Positions 26,566-38,005 of a DNA stretch of 64,000 bases are shown here, one piece after another (positions within the stretch are counted from its first letter, which is position 1; every line of letters starts with the position of its first letter). Made by a program: the position numbers and the translations under genes. The stretch is from NCBI GenBank assembly GCA_964016885.1, contig OZ024742.1, positions 105,276,001 to 105,340,000 on the forward strand. Reading direction: 5' to 3'. This DNA comes from Eledone cirrhosa. Lineage: Eukaryota. Below the pieces are notes generated by a model, which worked only from the letters and a program-made list of their open reading frames with translations, was not told the origin of the DNA and did not search any database.

Positions 26566-26990
26566 TCATCATCATCACTGTTTAATGTCCATTTTTCCAC
26601 ATTAGAATGGGTTAGGTGGTTTGTCCCATTGTGAGATAAGTTAGATCAAATGACTATGTCTTGCTCACACAGAACTGTTTCTGGCTTGGTTTCTACAGCT
26701 GGATGCCCTTCCTAACACCAACCACATTTACAGTGTGGACTAGGTGCCTTTTATTATAACATCAAAACAACCAGTTTATAGTGTGGACTGGGCAATTTTT
26801 GTCATGGCCTTAAAATGACCACTTTACAATGTGGACTGGGGGTTTTTTGTCAAGTCTCCAACACGACCTCTTTATAGGTTGGGCTGCGTGATTTTGTGTT
26901 GCCATTATGTTTATTTTACAGAGTGGTCTGGGGTTTATTGTCATGTCATGTCGCTAACATGGCCATTTTACAGAGTGGACTGGGTGCTTA
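26566..26990 (-). mobile_element. RTE/SINE-type 3' UTR copy with expanded ~40-bp internal repeats; related copies at ~11600-11870, 15755-15940, 19082-19262(+), 30560-30790(+), 52840-52962(+), 56820-57070, 62930-63150
   Basis: Shared ctacagctggatgcccttcctaacaccaacc motif, repeated tttacagtgtggactgg units and a (CAT)n terminus. Confidence 0.75.
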
Positions 26991-27189
26991 CAAATAATTG
27001 TTTCTACCTTTGGCACAAGGCCAGCAATTACCCAGTACATTACTGGTACTTACAAATAATACTTACAAGAGAGTCTAAAAACAAGAACTTAGTTTAAGAA
27101 ATATTGATATCGAATAAAGACTAGTTCACACATTTGGGATGAGGTATAGTCAATTAGAAAAACTACTTTATTATATATTTTAGAATATA

Positions 27190-28084
27190 CTAGCAGTGGT
27201 ACTCGGCTTGCACGGGATAAGGTATTTTGGAACGCAGGCCACAAACAGACCTAATCGTGGAAAAACTGCATGCCTGGACAATATGTAAAGAAAATAAACC
27301 GAATACTCTGATGGCTGGATAATCTTTAAGATTTTCCTTGATGAAGCAGGAAAAATGCAGGTTTTCACCTAGGGGATAAAATTTTTTTATGTGCATAATA
27401 TGCCTTGAAATTTCGGGAAAATCGGCTAGACATAACGCCTCCACAAAGCCCTAAGAAGCTGAAAAAATGAAGTTTTTCACCTAATGCAGGCCCTAGGCCA
27501 TAAAAAAGTTGGATTTTCTTTGCTCACAGTATGAAGAGACTGACTAATACATAGTTACAATTTCAAGAAAATCGGTCTGACGTAATGCCTCAAAGAACCC
27601 CTTAAAAAGCTATTAAAATGTTTTTCACCTAATGCGAGCCCTAGGAGATCAAAAAGTTGAATTGTTTATGTGCATAACACTCCCTGAAACAAGTAATACA
27701 CATGTAAAGTTTGAAAAAAGTCGGTTGGGTACTTCTCGAGTTTTAGCGATTCAAACTCACAGACACACACACACACACAGAGACATCCTCAGGGAAGTGA
27801 CGTAATGCAGAGAGCCAGACATACAGACAGATATAAGGGCGCGACGTTATATGTATGTATCTATCTAAAAAGAGAAAGACTAAGAATTATAGAGAGAGAT
27901 CGCTAAATCGCCTAATGCGGTCCCTAGGGTATTGAAAATTTGAAATTTTTTTTTTTGCTTAGAACACTCCCTGAAACATAAGTATTACATGTGTAAAGTT
28001 TGAAAACAGTCGGTTGGCTGCTTCTCGAGTTTTAAGGATTCAAACTCACACACACACAGACATCCTCAGTTTTATATATATAGA
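27190..28084 (-). mobile_element. Non-autonomous Helitron with internal tandem subrepeats
   Basis: The minus strand starts TCtatatatataaaactg and ends with a GC-rich hairpin (cccgtgcaagccgag) plus CTAG|t. Internal ~120-150-bp repeats start near 27363, 27474, 27623 and 27910. Confidence 0.75.
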
Positions 28085-28620
28085 CTAGCAGAAAACCACC
28101 CTGTGGGCGGTTTTCTGCTAGCAAATCTAGTGTATATACTGATATTGTTGAGATTTGGATGAGAAATGTTTTCGGCACCACATGTTCACCGTCTCTCGGT
28201 GTGTCTTTTATGCATGTATAAATATATATGTTATCTATACGGTGAAATCTTTGAAATAAATATATGTTAAAACGAAAAAGGAGAAAAAGATTAGTGACGG
28301 AAATATAAACGTTATGATATAACGATGGAAATATATCTTCAAATGGTCCTTGGCATGGTGTCAAGTCAGAACCGCCTCGAACTGGTTACTTCTGGCTTGT
28401 GCAAGGTGTCTCTATAGCAACCAGCGATTCCCTCGGCCTCAGTGACCAAAGTCAGTGGAGAGGGGAAGGTAATGTTTCTATAGCGACAGTGTTTCTCTTG
28501 GTAGTACCAAAGTGGAGAAAGGAAGTGGAAGGTAATATTTCTGTAGCACCTACATTTGAGTTTTAGGGAAGGACAGACAGACAGACAAACAGAGAAATGC
28601 CCATATATTTCTGTGTGTGT
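28085..28620 (-). mobile_element. Non-autonomous Helitron (second family), 3' end abutting the previous element
   Basis: Terminal palindrome ctagcagaaaaccaccc-tgt-gggcggttttctgctag; (GACA)n near the putative 5' end. A further a|TCtccttataatatataacc 5' end lies at 29575. Confidence 0.6.
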
Positions 28621-28653
28621 ATATATATATACACAGAAATGTATATATATTTC

Positions 28654-28710
<57 letters not shown>

Positions 28711-29005
28711 CACACACAGAAATGTATATATATTTCTGTGTGTATATATATATATTTCTGTGTGTGTATATATATATATATTACACACACAGAAATGTAT
28801 ATATACTTCTGTGTGTATATATATATATTACACACACAGAAATGTATATATATTTCTGTGTGTGTGTGTATATATATATTACACACACAGAAATGTATAT
28901 ATACTTCTGTGTGTATATATATATATTACACACACAGAAATGTATATATATTTCTGTGTGTGTATATATATATATATTACACACACAGAAATGTATATAT
29001 ATTTC
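28606..29005. repeat. Minisatellite of ~50-bp palindromic units
   Basis: Unit ttacacacacagaaatgtatatatatttctgtgtgtg(ta)n repeated about 7-8 times. Confidence 0.9.
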
Positions 29006-29124
29006 TTAGAACAAAATTATTATTAATGTTTTGCTGTTCATAACAATTGGAATTGAAAAATTACTTTTGAAATTATTAGTTATTTTACTAATGCTTAGAT
29101 ATGTAAAAATGAAGCAATGTTTCT

Positions 29125-29318
29125 GATAATTGTTTCTACTTTTGGCACAAGGCCAGCAGTTACCCAGTACATTACTGGTACTTTATTTTATCGACCCCGT
29201 GAGGATGAAAGGCAAAGTTAACCTCGGCGGTATTTGAACTCAGACCATAAAGGGACGTAACTCCATGCTATGAAGTATGGTGTCTGACTCTCTACAGATT
29301 CTGCCAATCCACCGCCCT
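29125..29318 (-). mobile_element. tRNA-derived SINE
   Basis: Full-length reverse copy. Confidence 0.88.
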
Positions 29319-29798
29319 AATGTCTGTACGTAATGAGGCAGTGAGAGGGGAGAGAAAGAAAGGCAGAGGTGAAGTGACGAAGTGACCCTCTCCTCCTCCT
29401 CCTCCATCTCCCCATTCGTCACAGCGATAGAGGGGAGGAATGTTAGTGTGTTACAAAGAGAAAGAGTGAGAGTGAGAGAAACAGACAGACTAAAAGAGAG
29501 AGATAGCAACCACGCGCGCACGTGTTTCCACTGTCGGACAGACAGAGAAATTGCTGGTTATATATTATAAGGAGATAACCGAAATTTTGAAATCACTGTC
29601 ATGAACGTTACTTAAAAAATATAATTTCTACGCCAGTACTGAGTGCTCAATCAGTTACTGTTTGAATGTTTTAAATGCTATGGTATTTTAAACAAATATT
29701 AATATCACCTTGACCGACCAGTCTGTCGGGCGGCAATCGGCGCCGCTGGTCACAGCACGTCGTGCTGATTTAGCCATAAGATAACGCCATCCCACTGG

Positions 29799-29848
<50 letters not shown>

Positions 29849-29851
<3 letters not shown>

Positions 29852-30236
29852 TCATCATCATCAACGTTTAACGTCCGTGTTCCACGCTTGCATGGGTTTG
29901 GACGGGGGTAGTCCCACTTGAGGCAAGAGTGATTGTCTTGCTCGCATAGGACTGTCTGGCAGGTTTTCTACAGTTGGCTGCCCTTCCTAACACCAACCAC
30001 ATTTACAGTGTGGGTCTGGGAGGTTTTTACCGTGTTGCCTACACGGCCACATTACAGCGTGGACTGTGTGTTTTTTTGTCGTGACACCTACACAATCTCA
30101 TTTGTTTCGGCCTGGATGGCGCGGCACCAACATAACTTTACATAGAACGGGGTGGTGTGGATGGGATGGGGGGGTGGCGGGACGGGGTGTATTTTGTTAG
30201 AGATGCCTACTGGCAAGGCGGGTCTTCTCTGTTACT
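29849..30236 (-). mobile_element. RTE A-like 3' UTR and tail (same subfamily as 16900-17300)
   Basis: Collinear with 16900-17300 (ggactgtctggc...ccacattacagcgtggactg...ggcaaggcgggtcttc). Confidence 0.8.
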
Positions 30237-30527
30237 TTGGCATGTTTATATACATTTTTTCTTTTTCTTCTAACTTTGATTTTATACCTAATTGTGTATG
30301 GTTGACAATATATTTAATCGATTCTCACGTGCTATTGGAAATGCTGGGTAAATATTCTATGGCTGTTGATCGCGAATAGATAGCTGTCGTTTATTTATCT
30401 ATTATTTCTTCATAGGTGTCTTTTAATCTTATAGCCTGGTTTAATTGTTTTTTTGTGTGGTTGATTATGCTGATTGGGCGAGTAAGTGGTGTATATATTT
30501 TATCAAATGATTCTATGGACATACTTT

Positions 30528-30558
<31 letters not shown>

Positions 30559-31714
30559 TTACGATAAAAAGCACCTAACCCACACTGTAAAGTGGTCACG
30601 TAGGTGTTATGACAAAAAACACCCAGCCCACACTGTAAATGTGGTTGGCATTAGGAAGGGCATCCAGCCATAGAAACCAAGCCAGAAACAGTTTTGTATG
30701 AGCAAGACATGGTCACCTGATCTAAGTTGTCTGAAACGGGACAACTTGTCTAACCTATGTTAAAATGGACGTCAAATGATGTTGATAATACATATATATA
30801 TATATCATCATCACTGTTTAGCGTCTTTTTCTATGCTTGCACAGGAAAAACATATGTAATTAAGAATATTTTGGGAAAATTGGTACAATACAAATAGGAA
30901 ATATAATGGTGGAACTAGAATTACTAAACAAAACAGTAGTTTTTACCCTATATTTCATATATAATACTTTGTAATCAACAAAGGCTATATTTGTTTTTGC
31001 AGATGGTGTCCTTTTAAAGGTTGCAGATTCCCCATCATAGCTTGTTTGATTAACAAATGCATAATAGAGTTGCTTCTTCTTTTACTAAGTACTTCTATTG
31101 CAATCACACCAGCAGGAATTTAGCAACCACAATAAAAACAAGTTCACCCAGTCTTTCCTACCAACTGGTATGCCAACTAAAATTGAAGTTGCTTTACAGA
31201 AGTTCAAGTTGTACATCAAATACATCCATTTCATCAATATGTTGGGGGCCTTGAAAAGGCTACAGGCACTGCTAACTCTTATCAGACTAAATAATAACTG
31301 AAATTTAAAAAATAGAAAAATAAAATATTGATCCTACCCAGGCAGATTCACTCAGCCTTTCTATAAGTACCAGTTGATAAAATAATCACGAGTCCCAATG
31401 TAATAAACTATAAGACTATACGCTAGAAAACAATAACTATACCTAGTACAAACAGTAACAAAAGTATAGAGTAAAACAGCGTCCAATCCCATGTAACTCA
31501 TGCTATCACCTTTATAACTTAAACCCCTTCCTCTTCTTTAACCTAATAACTTTAACCTTTTTTATATCAACCTGGACAAAAGCAGCTCTAGTTCTATGTA
31601 ACAAAAGGGTTCCTATTTAAATTAAAATTTTCCAACATAATATGTTAAGTTACTATTTTGATAATGAAAAAAAAAATCAAAATAGTAACTGAACATATAA
31701 AACTATGTTGGAAA

Positions 31715-32080
31715 ATTCGGTATTCATGCCAACCCTTACCTATGGTCATGAATCTTGGATAATGACCGAAAGAATGTGATCAAGAATATAAGCAGCCAAA
31801 ATGGTGTACCTCCAAAGGGTCCTTGGAATAACGTTACTCGATAGAGTGCTTAGCTTAGAGATCAGAGAGTCCCTACTTCTCCAAATTGAGAGATCACAGC
31901 TCTGATACTATGAGCACGTGGTTAGAATGTCTCAGGAAAGAATCATTGGACAGACTTTATGGGCAGGAGACCTAAGGGTAGACTCCGAGCAGGATGGTTG
32001 GTTCTGACAAGACCTGCTGGAAGGAGTGTTTGAGGACTCTGCCCCAACAAACCTCTCAGGAATAAGTGAGTGAAGAATTA
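31715..32080 (+). mobile_element. Decayed Rex3/Expander-like RTE 3' fragment (further fragments ~32980-33320 and ~40250-40365)
   Basis: PTLTYGHESWIMTERM...LLLQIERSQL*YYEHVVRM; homologous to 35370-35800. Confidence 0.75.
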
Positions 32081-35000
32081 CTATTTTGATAATTAAATAA
32101 TTATTTCAGTGGTATCCTTTATGATAACAAAAGAAGTTAAATGAATATTCCCCTGGCCCTCTGGCTTTTGACAGGCCTGACTATTCAACAAGTTCACAGA
32201 CCCCGGTGGGTGTGAATCACAGACAGATTGGGAAGCACTATATTAGTATATCAGACAATTTACATGATTGCCAGCTATCATATAGGACAGGTATGATGCA
32301 TAAATGTTCAGGATGACAACTAACATGACATATTGACAGGTATAAACAAACATGTATCACAAAAGAGACGGAAAATATGGTAGTGCCACAGCATGGTCAC
32401 ATTCTTCTGCAGGAAACAGTAAATGAAATACTACAGATAATTATGACAGATAGGCAGCAAAATTGGCAATCATTAGAATGTTAGATAGAATGCTTTGCAG
32501 CATTTGTTCTGGCTCCCTGCGTTTTTTGTGTTCAAATCCTGCTGAAGCCAATTTTCACAGTCCAGTATTGTGGTGAATTCTCTCTCTCTCTTCTTCTCTT
32601 GAAGAAATCGGCTGTGTTCAAACCTAGAGAGAGATGGGCTCCACTAGGCTTAAAATGCCCAAAACTTCTTCAAGAGTTGGCAGGTAACAATGAACTATTG
32701 ACAAGTAACACTCGTTGATAGATAGCAATGTACCATTTAGAAGTAATGGCATACTATTATACTATTGATAAGTAAGAACATAATATAGACAGGTAAGAAA
32801 CAATAATACAACATACCATTCAGAGGTAATAAAATAGTAAGAGTTGAGATATAATAATATAATATATAAGTGAATGGATTTAGTGGGTAAGCAAAGTATT
32901 CTCTCCGCACAAGAATGCATCCCTCTTTGGAGAGAAGAACCACCGACGAGTTCCAGATAGCAGGTGTGGAGGGGGATTTTTTATTACATTACTCGATATG
33001 GAGCATAGCTCAGAGATCAAGGAGTCGCTCCAGGTAGAGCTGCAACTTCTCTGTATCAAGAGATAACAACTCCAATACTATGGATATGTGGTTAGAATGC
33101 CTACAAAAGAAATGTAAAACAGATTTTACAGACAAAGCCAACTGACAAGAGATCCAGAAGTAGACCACAAGCAAGATGGTTGGATAACATACATAAGCTC
33201 GGTTGGTTTCGCTGGGCGGTCCAGCCAGATTATTTGGAGACAGTTGCTTCTGTTAGAACTTGCAGGAAGGCATGCCTGAGGACTCTGCACCCACGACCTT
33301 TCCAGCAGTGGCGGAGGAGGAGAAGGAAAAAAGAAAGAAAAAGACAGTAACAGGCAACAATAAAGTAGGTATAACAAGAAGCCCTATGTGATGTAACAGG
33401 ACATAACTATAATACAAGGGAGCCTCTACCAGATTACTAAGCATGTAGCCAAATTCCCCGCAAATCACACTATTATTTGAACTATCTGAAAATGTAGTCT
33501 ATGATAGACAATGCCTGAAAAACTCTGGGCTGGTCATGCTAGAATGCATTTCATCAGGTCTATTTGGTCAGGGCTCACCTGGGGTTAAATAACAGCCTAT
33601 CACAGCAGTCATTTAGTAACACAGTATAAAGCAGTAAAACATACAACTGACAGGTAACTCAACTGGAAATGTGCTAACACAATAGGATCCTAAATAGCCA
33701 ATCAGTACAGACACAAAGGCACTTCAAATTGCTTACTGCATAGGATGCATCAATGGATGTGAAGGTAAGACATGAAATGACTCTGGAGTTCAGCTGTTAC
33801 ACTGAGAGAGAGATCTGTTGCACTACACCTATACACTAGGTACACACACACACCAAGCTAATTGAGTTAAACACATACACACACGTATAAAAAAGACAAT
33901 AGAAGTACAGAATGAATTAAGCCAGGTGAGTCATAGAGCCATATATCTTGTAGTCCTGCACCAGTAATTTGTTAGCTAATATAAGAATGATAAACTATAT
34001 ATAATAAATTAATTAATTCACATAAGCCCCTTTTGTCATATTGCAGTCTGACCCTCTCATAGCCACCATCACCGTTATGATCATTATGGAATCCATGCTT
34101 GATGAATTGTGTATGTGTAAGGAGGTAGTAGTCATCAGTTTATATTTCTCTACAATACTTCCTAATACATTTAAGCCAATGAAATCAATTGAGAGAGACC
34201 CAAGAGAAAGAAAGGCAATGCTAATCCTCTGTTAAATACACATATATCTATATACTGATAATCTTGGGTTGCAAATGTCTGACAGACATATAACATCAAC
34301 AGTTATGAACTAACCTCTGTAAAACCTATTATATTTGAAATTCAAGTTACATACACCAGCTGGCTGATAATAATGATCATGCACACTACATTGTAGTGCA
34401 CATCAAAACATTGTGAATTTTCATAGTAATGCATTATTATGTCTTAAGTAACTTACAAATATATTGAGACAAACATTTGATTGATACGATATAAGCACTG
34501 TATGTAATTGTTCAAACTTAAATATAAATTCACCTTGCAGACAGACCTAAGAAGGGAACTCATTCACCAGGCGAAGACTGCCTGTGTAAATATACATGAC
34601 AGCGTTTCTGGTGCTCGTGCCCTGAAAAATGCACCACCTACTATACACTGTAAGGTGGTTGACGATAGGAAGAACATCCCACTGTAGATACCATGCCAAA
34701 AGAGATTCAAAGGGACTGACTCTTCAGTTATGTCAACATCTCCACTGTCAGTGATCTACATGGTAAACACAACCAAAGTGAAACACTTTTCATGATAGGT
34801 CTGCTTGAACAACGCTAAAACAAACAATATGATGTCACAAGATTTCTAATAAACACCCATGAACACAACTTCCATTTCAACCAACATGCTAGCTCTCTCA
34901 ACTCATCATAGCTACATCACTGGGTTGTGACAGTTTTCTTGGGAGCTACAGGTGTCACCCATTGCTCTATCTCTCCTAGTAGTTTACAGCTGTCTTGGGC

Positions 35001-35094
35001 TGCTTATTCATCCGGCAGCTATCTGCTTATATCGCAATTAACCATCATATCTGGTGGCTGTATCACTATCCACCACCTGCGACCCATTCTCTAG

Positions 35095-35810
35095 CAGAAC
35101 AGCTTTGCCGAGAATGAAAATCAGTGCAACGAAAACTGAGACATGCGTCCTCTCAAGGAAGCCTGCCCAGTGCCCTCTACATATGAATGGAGTTCCACTG
35201 AAGTAGATGTAAAAGTTCAAGAATCTTGGGGCCATGTTCATGAGTGATGGAAGGCAGGAGGCTGGATTAAGTGCAAGAATTGCAGGAGCTGGTGCAGTAA
35301 TATGCCAGCTTCAGTATTCAGTAATCAGAAGAGAGGTAGGTGTAAAAGCTAAACTTGCTATCCTCAAATCGCTATTCGTGCCATCTTACCTATGGTCATG
35401 AACCTTGGGTAATGACTGAAAAAATATGATCATAAATATAAGCGGCTGAAATGGGTCCCTCTGAAGGGTCCTTGGAGTAACATTACTTGATAGTGTGTGT
35501 AACTCAGAGATAAGAGCATTGATTCAGGTAGAACCACTACTTCTCCAAATTGAGAGATCACAGCTCTGATACTATGGGCATATGGTTAGAATATCTCGGG
35601 AAAGAATCACTGGACAGATTTTACAGGCAAAACCAACCAGCAGGAGACCCAGGGGTAGACCCCAAGCCAGATGGCTGGTCTCACTTGGGGATCTAGCCGG
35701 ATCAGTTGGAAACGGTTGCTTTTGACATGATCCGCTGGAAGAAGTGTTTTAGGACTCTTCACCTGTGACCCTCTCAGCAATATGTGGACAAAAAAGAAGG
35801 AGGAGTAGAT
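35095..35810 (+). mobile_element. Decayed Rex3/Expander-like RTE LINE, 3' part
   Basis: MKISATKTETCVLSRKPAQCPLHMNG...LTYGHEPWVMTEK...EPLLLQIERSQL*YYGHMVR...GRRPRGRP. Confidence 0.8.
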
Positions 35811-36449
35811 GCCAACTTTCAAAAATCAATAGAATTAATCACTCATTGGCAGATACTCCAGATAAAAAGTGTGATTGCATGATATAACAGAGAGGTGACC
35901 TTGAAATAACATAACATGAAACTTTATAAACATTGATCTGATTACAACATCTGTAATTCAACTGAAGTGTTTTCTAGTACACTTCAGGCATCACGTTTTT
36001 CACATACATACACACATATACATTGCTGTGTATCTGTGTTGGTGCTGCTACTGAGGTTGCATAAGTTTACGGCTGTCAGGTGTGGCTGAGGCCTGAGCTA
36101 GATGTGTAGAAGACTGGCAAATGTGGTTTGAGTGGGTTTACATGAGTGCAACACTAGTAGGTAAGATTGAGGTTGAAAGTGTGCAAAATTGGCAGGCAGG
36201 GGAGGTCAAGTTTGTCTGGGATGAACAAGTATATTTGGATGGGGTGTGTTCAGGACTGGATTAGGTGGTTATTGTTGTTTAGCTCCAGATAGTCTTGATC
36301 AAGCAGACCTATGATCAACAAGCATTCTAGCCATGACTGGTGCAGCCAGTTGTTGGGTTGCCACTCTAGATGTTAGATGGTGTGTCCATCATAGCATTTT
36401 AATGGGCCTTACAAAAACTTGGTGGTACTCATCTATAATATATTATTAT

Positions 36450-37010
36450 TAGGGCGGTGGATTGGCAGTATCGGTAGAGGGTCGGACGCCATGCTTTCCA
36501 GCATAGTTACGTCCCTTTACAGTCTGAGTTCAAATCCCGCCGAGGTTGACTTTGCCTTTCATCCTTACGGGGTCGATAAAATAAAGTACCAGTAATGCAC
36601 TGGGTAATTGCTGGCCTTGTGCCTAAAGTAGAAACAATTATTACTATTATTGGTAGAGTGCTGGACACCATGCTTTGCAGCATAGAGTTACGGCCCTTTA
36701 CGTTCTGAGTTCAAATTCCACCGAAGTCAGCTTTGCCTTTCATCCTTACGGGGTTGATAAAATAAAGCACCAGTAATGCACTGTGGTCATTTTAATCAAC
36801 TTTCACCTCCTCTAAATTGTTGACTTTGTGCCTAAATCAGAAACCATTATTATTACCATCATTATTGCAGTGAATTGGAAGAGTCGATAGAGCATCGGAC
36901 AAATGCTTAGCCATATTTGTTCTGACTCTTTACATGCTGGGTTAACTTTGCCTTTAATCCTTCTGAGGCTGATAAAATAAAGTATTTGTAAAGTAGTGGG
37001 TTGATATAAT
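36450..37010 (+). mobile_element. Three tandem copies of a tRNA-derived SINE (Meta/MESC-like central domain)
   Basis: tggcagtatcggtag A box, gagttcaaatccc B box, gcctttcatccttacggggtcgataaaataaagtaccag core and aaacaattatt tail. The copies are progressively more diverged. The Meta/MESC assignment is from memory. Confidence 0.9.
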
Positions 37011-37292
37011 CATATTACTAAAAATTAAAGTCTTTACCCAAATACTGAAGTTATCACAGCGATCTAAATATTTGAATCAACCTATTTTTAAGGTATTTTC
37101 TGCTAAATCATTACAGGATGAGACATGGAGAGATAATCAATGACATTAAAGTCTGCAAACAGTTTTCAAATAAATATTTAAAAAACTACATCTGATCCTT
37201 GATCTACTATGGCTTGGGGTTAAACAGCAACACACACTGTTGTTTACTGTCATTGTCATCATCAAAGAGGTTTAACAGCATTTGTTTTAGTC

Positions 37293-37494
37293 CAGACATG
37301 TCAAACATGTGGCCCTTTACAAGCACACCTATGGCCTGTACAAATGTTTTTACAGTGCAAGCATGTTTTATCTTCGTAATATAAAATTTAAAAAAATAGT
37401 TGTAATGTGTGCAATTAGTTGTCATGCATAACCCTCAGATAACACATGTATGACCCATGTGGCCCTCAGGGGGACCCTCAATTTGACATGTCTG
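37293..37494. mobile_element. hAT-type MITE
   Basis: TIRs cagacatgtcaaa / tttgacatgtctg; 8-bp TSD ttttagtc/tttttgtc. Confidence 0.8.
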
Positions 37495-37764
37495 TTTTTG
37501 TCACTCATGATAGCTATAGCATATGTACTTTTGTTTTAATTCAAAGGAGGAGGAGGATAACAACCAAGATGAAGAGGAGATAAGGAAAAGCAGTTAGTGT
37601 ATCCCCTTCCTTTTTTAAGACACCAGTGTGTGGTGATATTATGAAGATTTGGCTGTTGTTTCTAGCAGACCATATAGAGACAGCCTTGTTTGGTTCATTC
37701 CTCCTGGTGTTGATAAAATAAGTAGTAGGGTTGATATATCAACAATATTTCCCTAACCCCAAAC

Positions 37765-38005
37765 ACTGCAACCAGCAAGAAATCTGAACACTGGGATTTG
37801 ACTGACTGCTCCCTTTTTGTGCAGGTCACCATCAAGACCACTGGTGTCTTCAATCCTCAAACTGCCAGTTTTCCCCTACAAAATTGAAAGGAGTGCATTC
37901 TGCCCAAGGAAGGAGCCCCATGAGGTGATGTGGATGATGCAGCAGGTATCATTGACTGTTCTCTGCAGCAATTCTTTCATTTTGTCAGCAGGGCACACCT
38001 GAACA
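37765..38005 (+). mobile_element. CRE-like (restriction-like endonuclease) non-LTR retrotransposon 3' fragment
   Basis: KKSEHWDLTDCSLFVQVTIKTTGVFNPQTASF...WMMQQVSLTVLCSNSFILSAG resembles the CRE RLE end (K..KY..L...F.P.A.ET.G...QR.S.A..RGNA). Small homologous piece at ~46870-46935. Confidence 0.6.

Noticed and set aside
28606-29005. CRISPR-like appearance (palindromic repeats with spacers)
   Set aside because: The spacers are only (TA)n, there are no cas genes, and the context is eukaryotic.
28556-29043. Overlapping 67-156 aa ORFs rich in Y/I/C/V/H/T
   Set aside because: They are translations of the palindromic (TA/CA/TG) minisatellite.
31057-31301. Short ORFs on both strands as a host coding exon
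   Set aside because: No recognisable domain; kept only as a possible non-coding exon.
34180-34600. Possible Penelope GIY-YIG end with a degenerate hammerhead
   Set aside because: The similarity (ERDPRERKAMLI) is too weak and the ribozyme core is not intact.
36030-36270. Possible I/Nimb-type LINE C-terminal fragment on the minus strand
   Set aside because: Only a short NPVLNTP-like motif; too decayed to call without a search.
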